A stretch of DNA of 64,000 bases from Eledone cirrhosa. Lineage: Eukaryota. The stretch is taken from NCBI GenBank assembly GCA_964016885.1, contig OZ024754.1, positions 12,958,001 to 13,022,000 on the forward strand, read 5' to 3'. Positions 63,526 through 64,000 of the stretch are shown piece by piece; the first letter of the stretch is position 1, and the number at the start of each line of letters is the position of its first letter. The position numbers and the translations under genes were made by a program. The notes under the pieces were generated by a model. It searched no databases, was not told the origin of the DNA, and saw nothing but the letters and a program-made list of their open reading frames with translations.

Positions 63526-63528
<3 letters not shown>
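62769..63528 (+). mobile_element. Non-coding retrozyme-like element with 129-nt direct terminal repeats (62769-62897, 63400-63528) containing a pseudoknotted hammerhead-like motif
   Basis: 631-nt period, pyrimidine-rich interior, no credible ORF, ends in (CA)/(TA) repeat. Confidence 0.75.
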
Positions 63529-63590
<62 letters not shown>

Positions 63591-63689
63591 CGTGTGTGTG
63601 TGTGTATCATATACATTTACATTGAAACACAGATATATACTTGCATATACACATACATATATACATTCTAGAGAGATACCTATATGACC

Positions 63690-64000
<311 letters not shown>

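Overview
AT-rich, repeat-saturated animal genomic DNA with no supportable host gene. The (TA)n arrays and the Nin/Deu-type tRNA SINE suggest a cephalopod such as Octopus (inference). Almost all ORFs in the track are microsatellite artefacts. Real coding sequence is limited to a 5'-truncated CR1/L2-group LINE RT (650-1738 +) and two copies of a Penelope-like retroelement (PLE; RT plus C-terminal CxC/GIY-YIG, resembling the Hydra clade; 6936-8315 - and 59124-60302 +). The window also holds about 20 tRNA SINE copies, two non-autonomous Helitrons, two hAT MITEs and a 200-N gap. The main hidden signal is RNA-level. Many of the unique islands within the (TA)n arrays are PLE pseudo-LTR fragments from several unrelated families that carry type I hammerhead ribozymes, one with clear stem covariation. 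These are often inserted as head-to-head inverted pairs with one short arm and one tailed arm. The most novel candidate is a non-coding 631-nt-period element (62769-63528). Its terminal repeats contain the three hammerhead strands in a non-circularly permuted, pseudoknotted order, with covariation in a third copy. All structures were paired by eye and none is tested.
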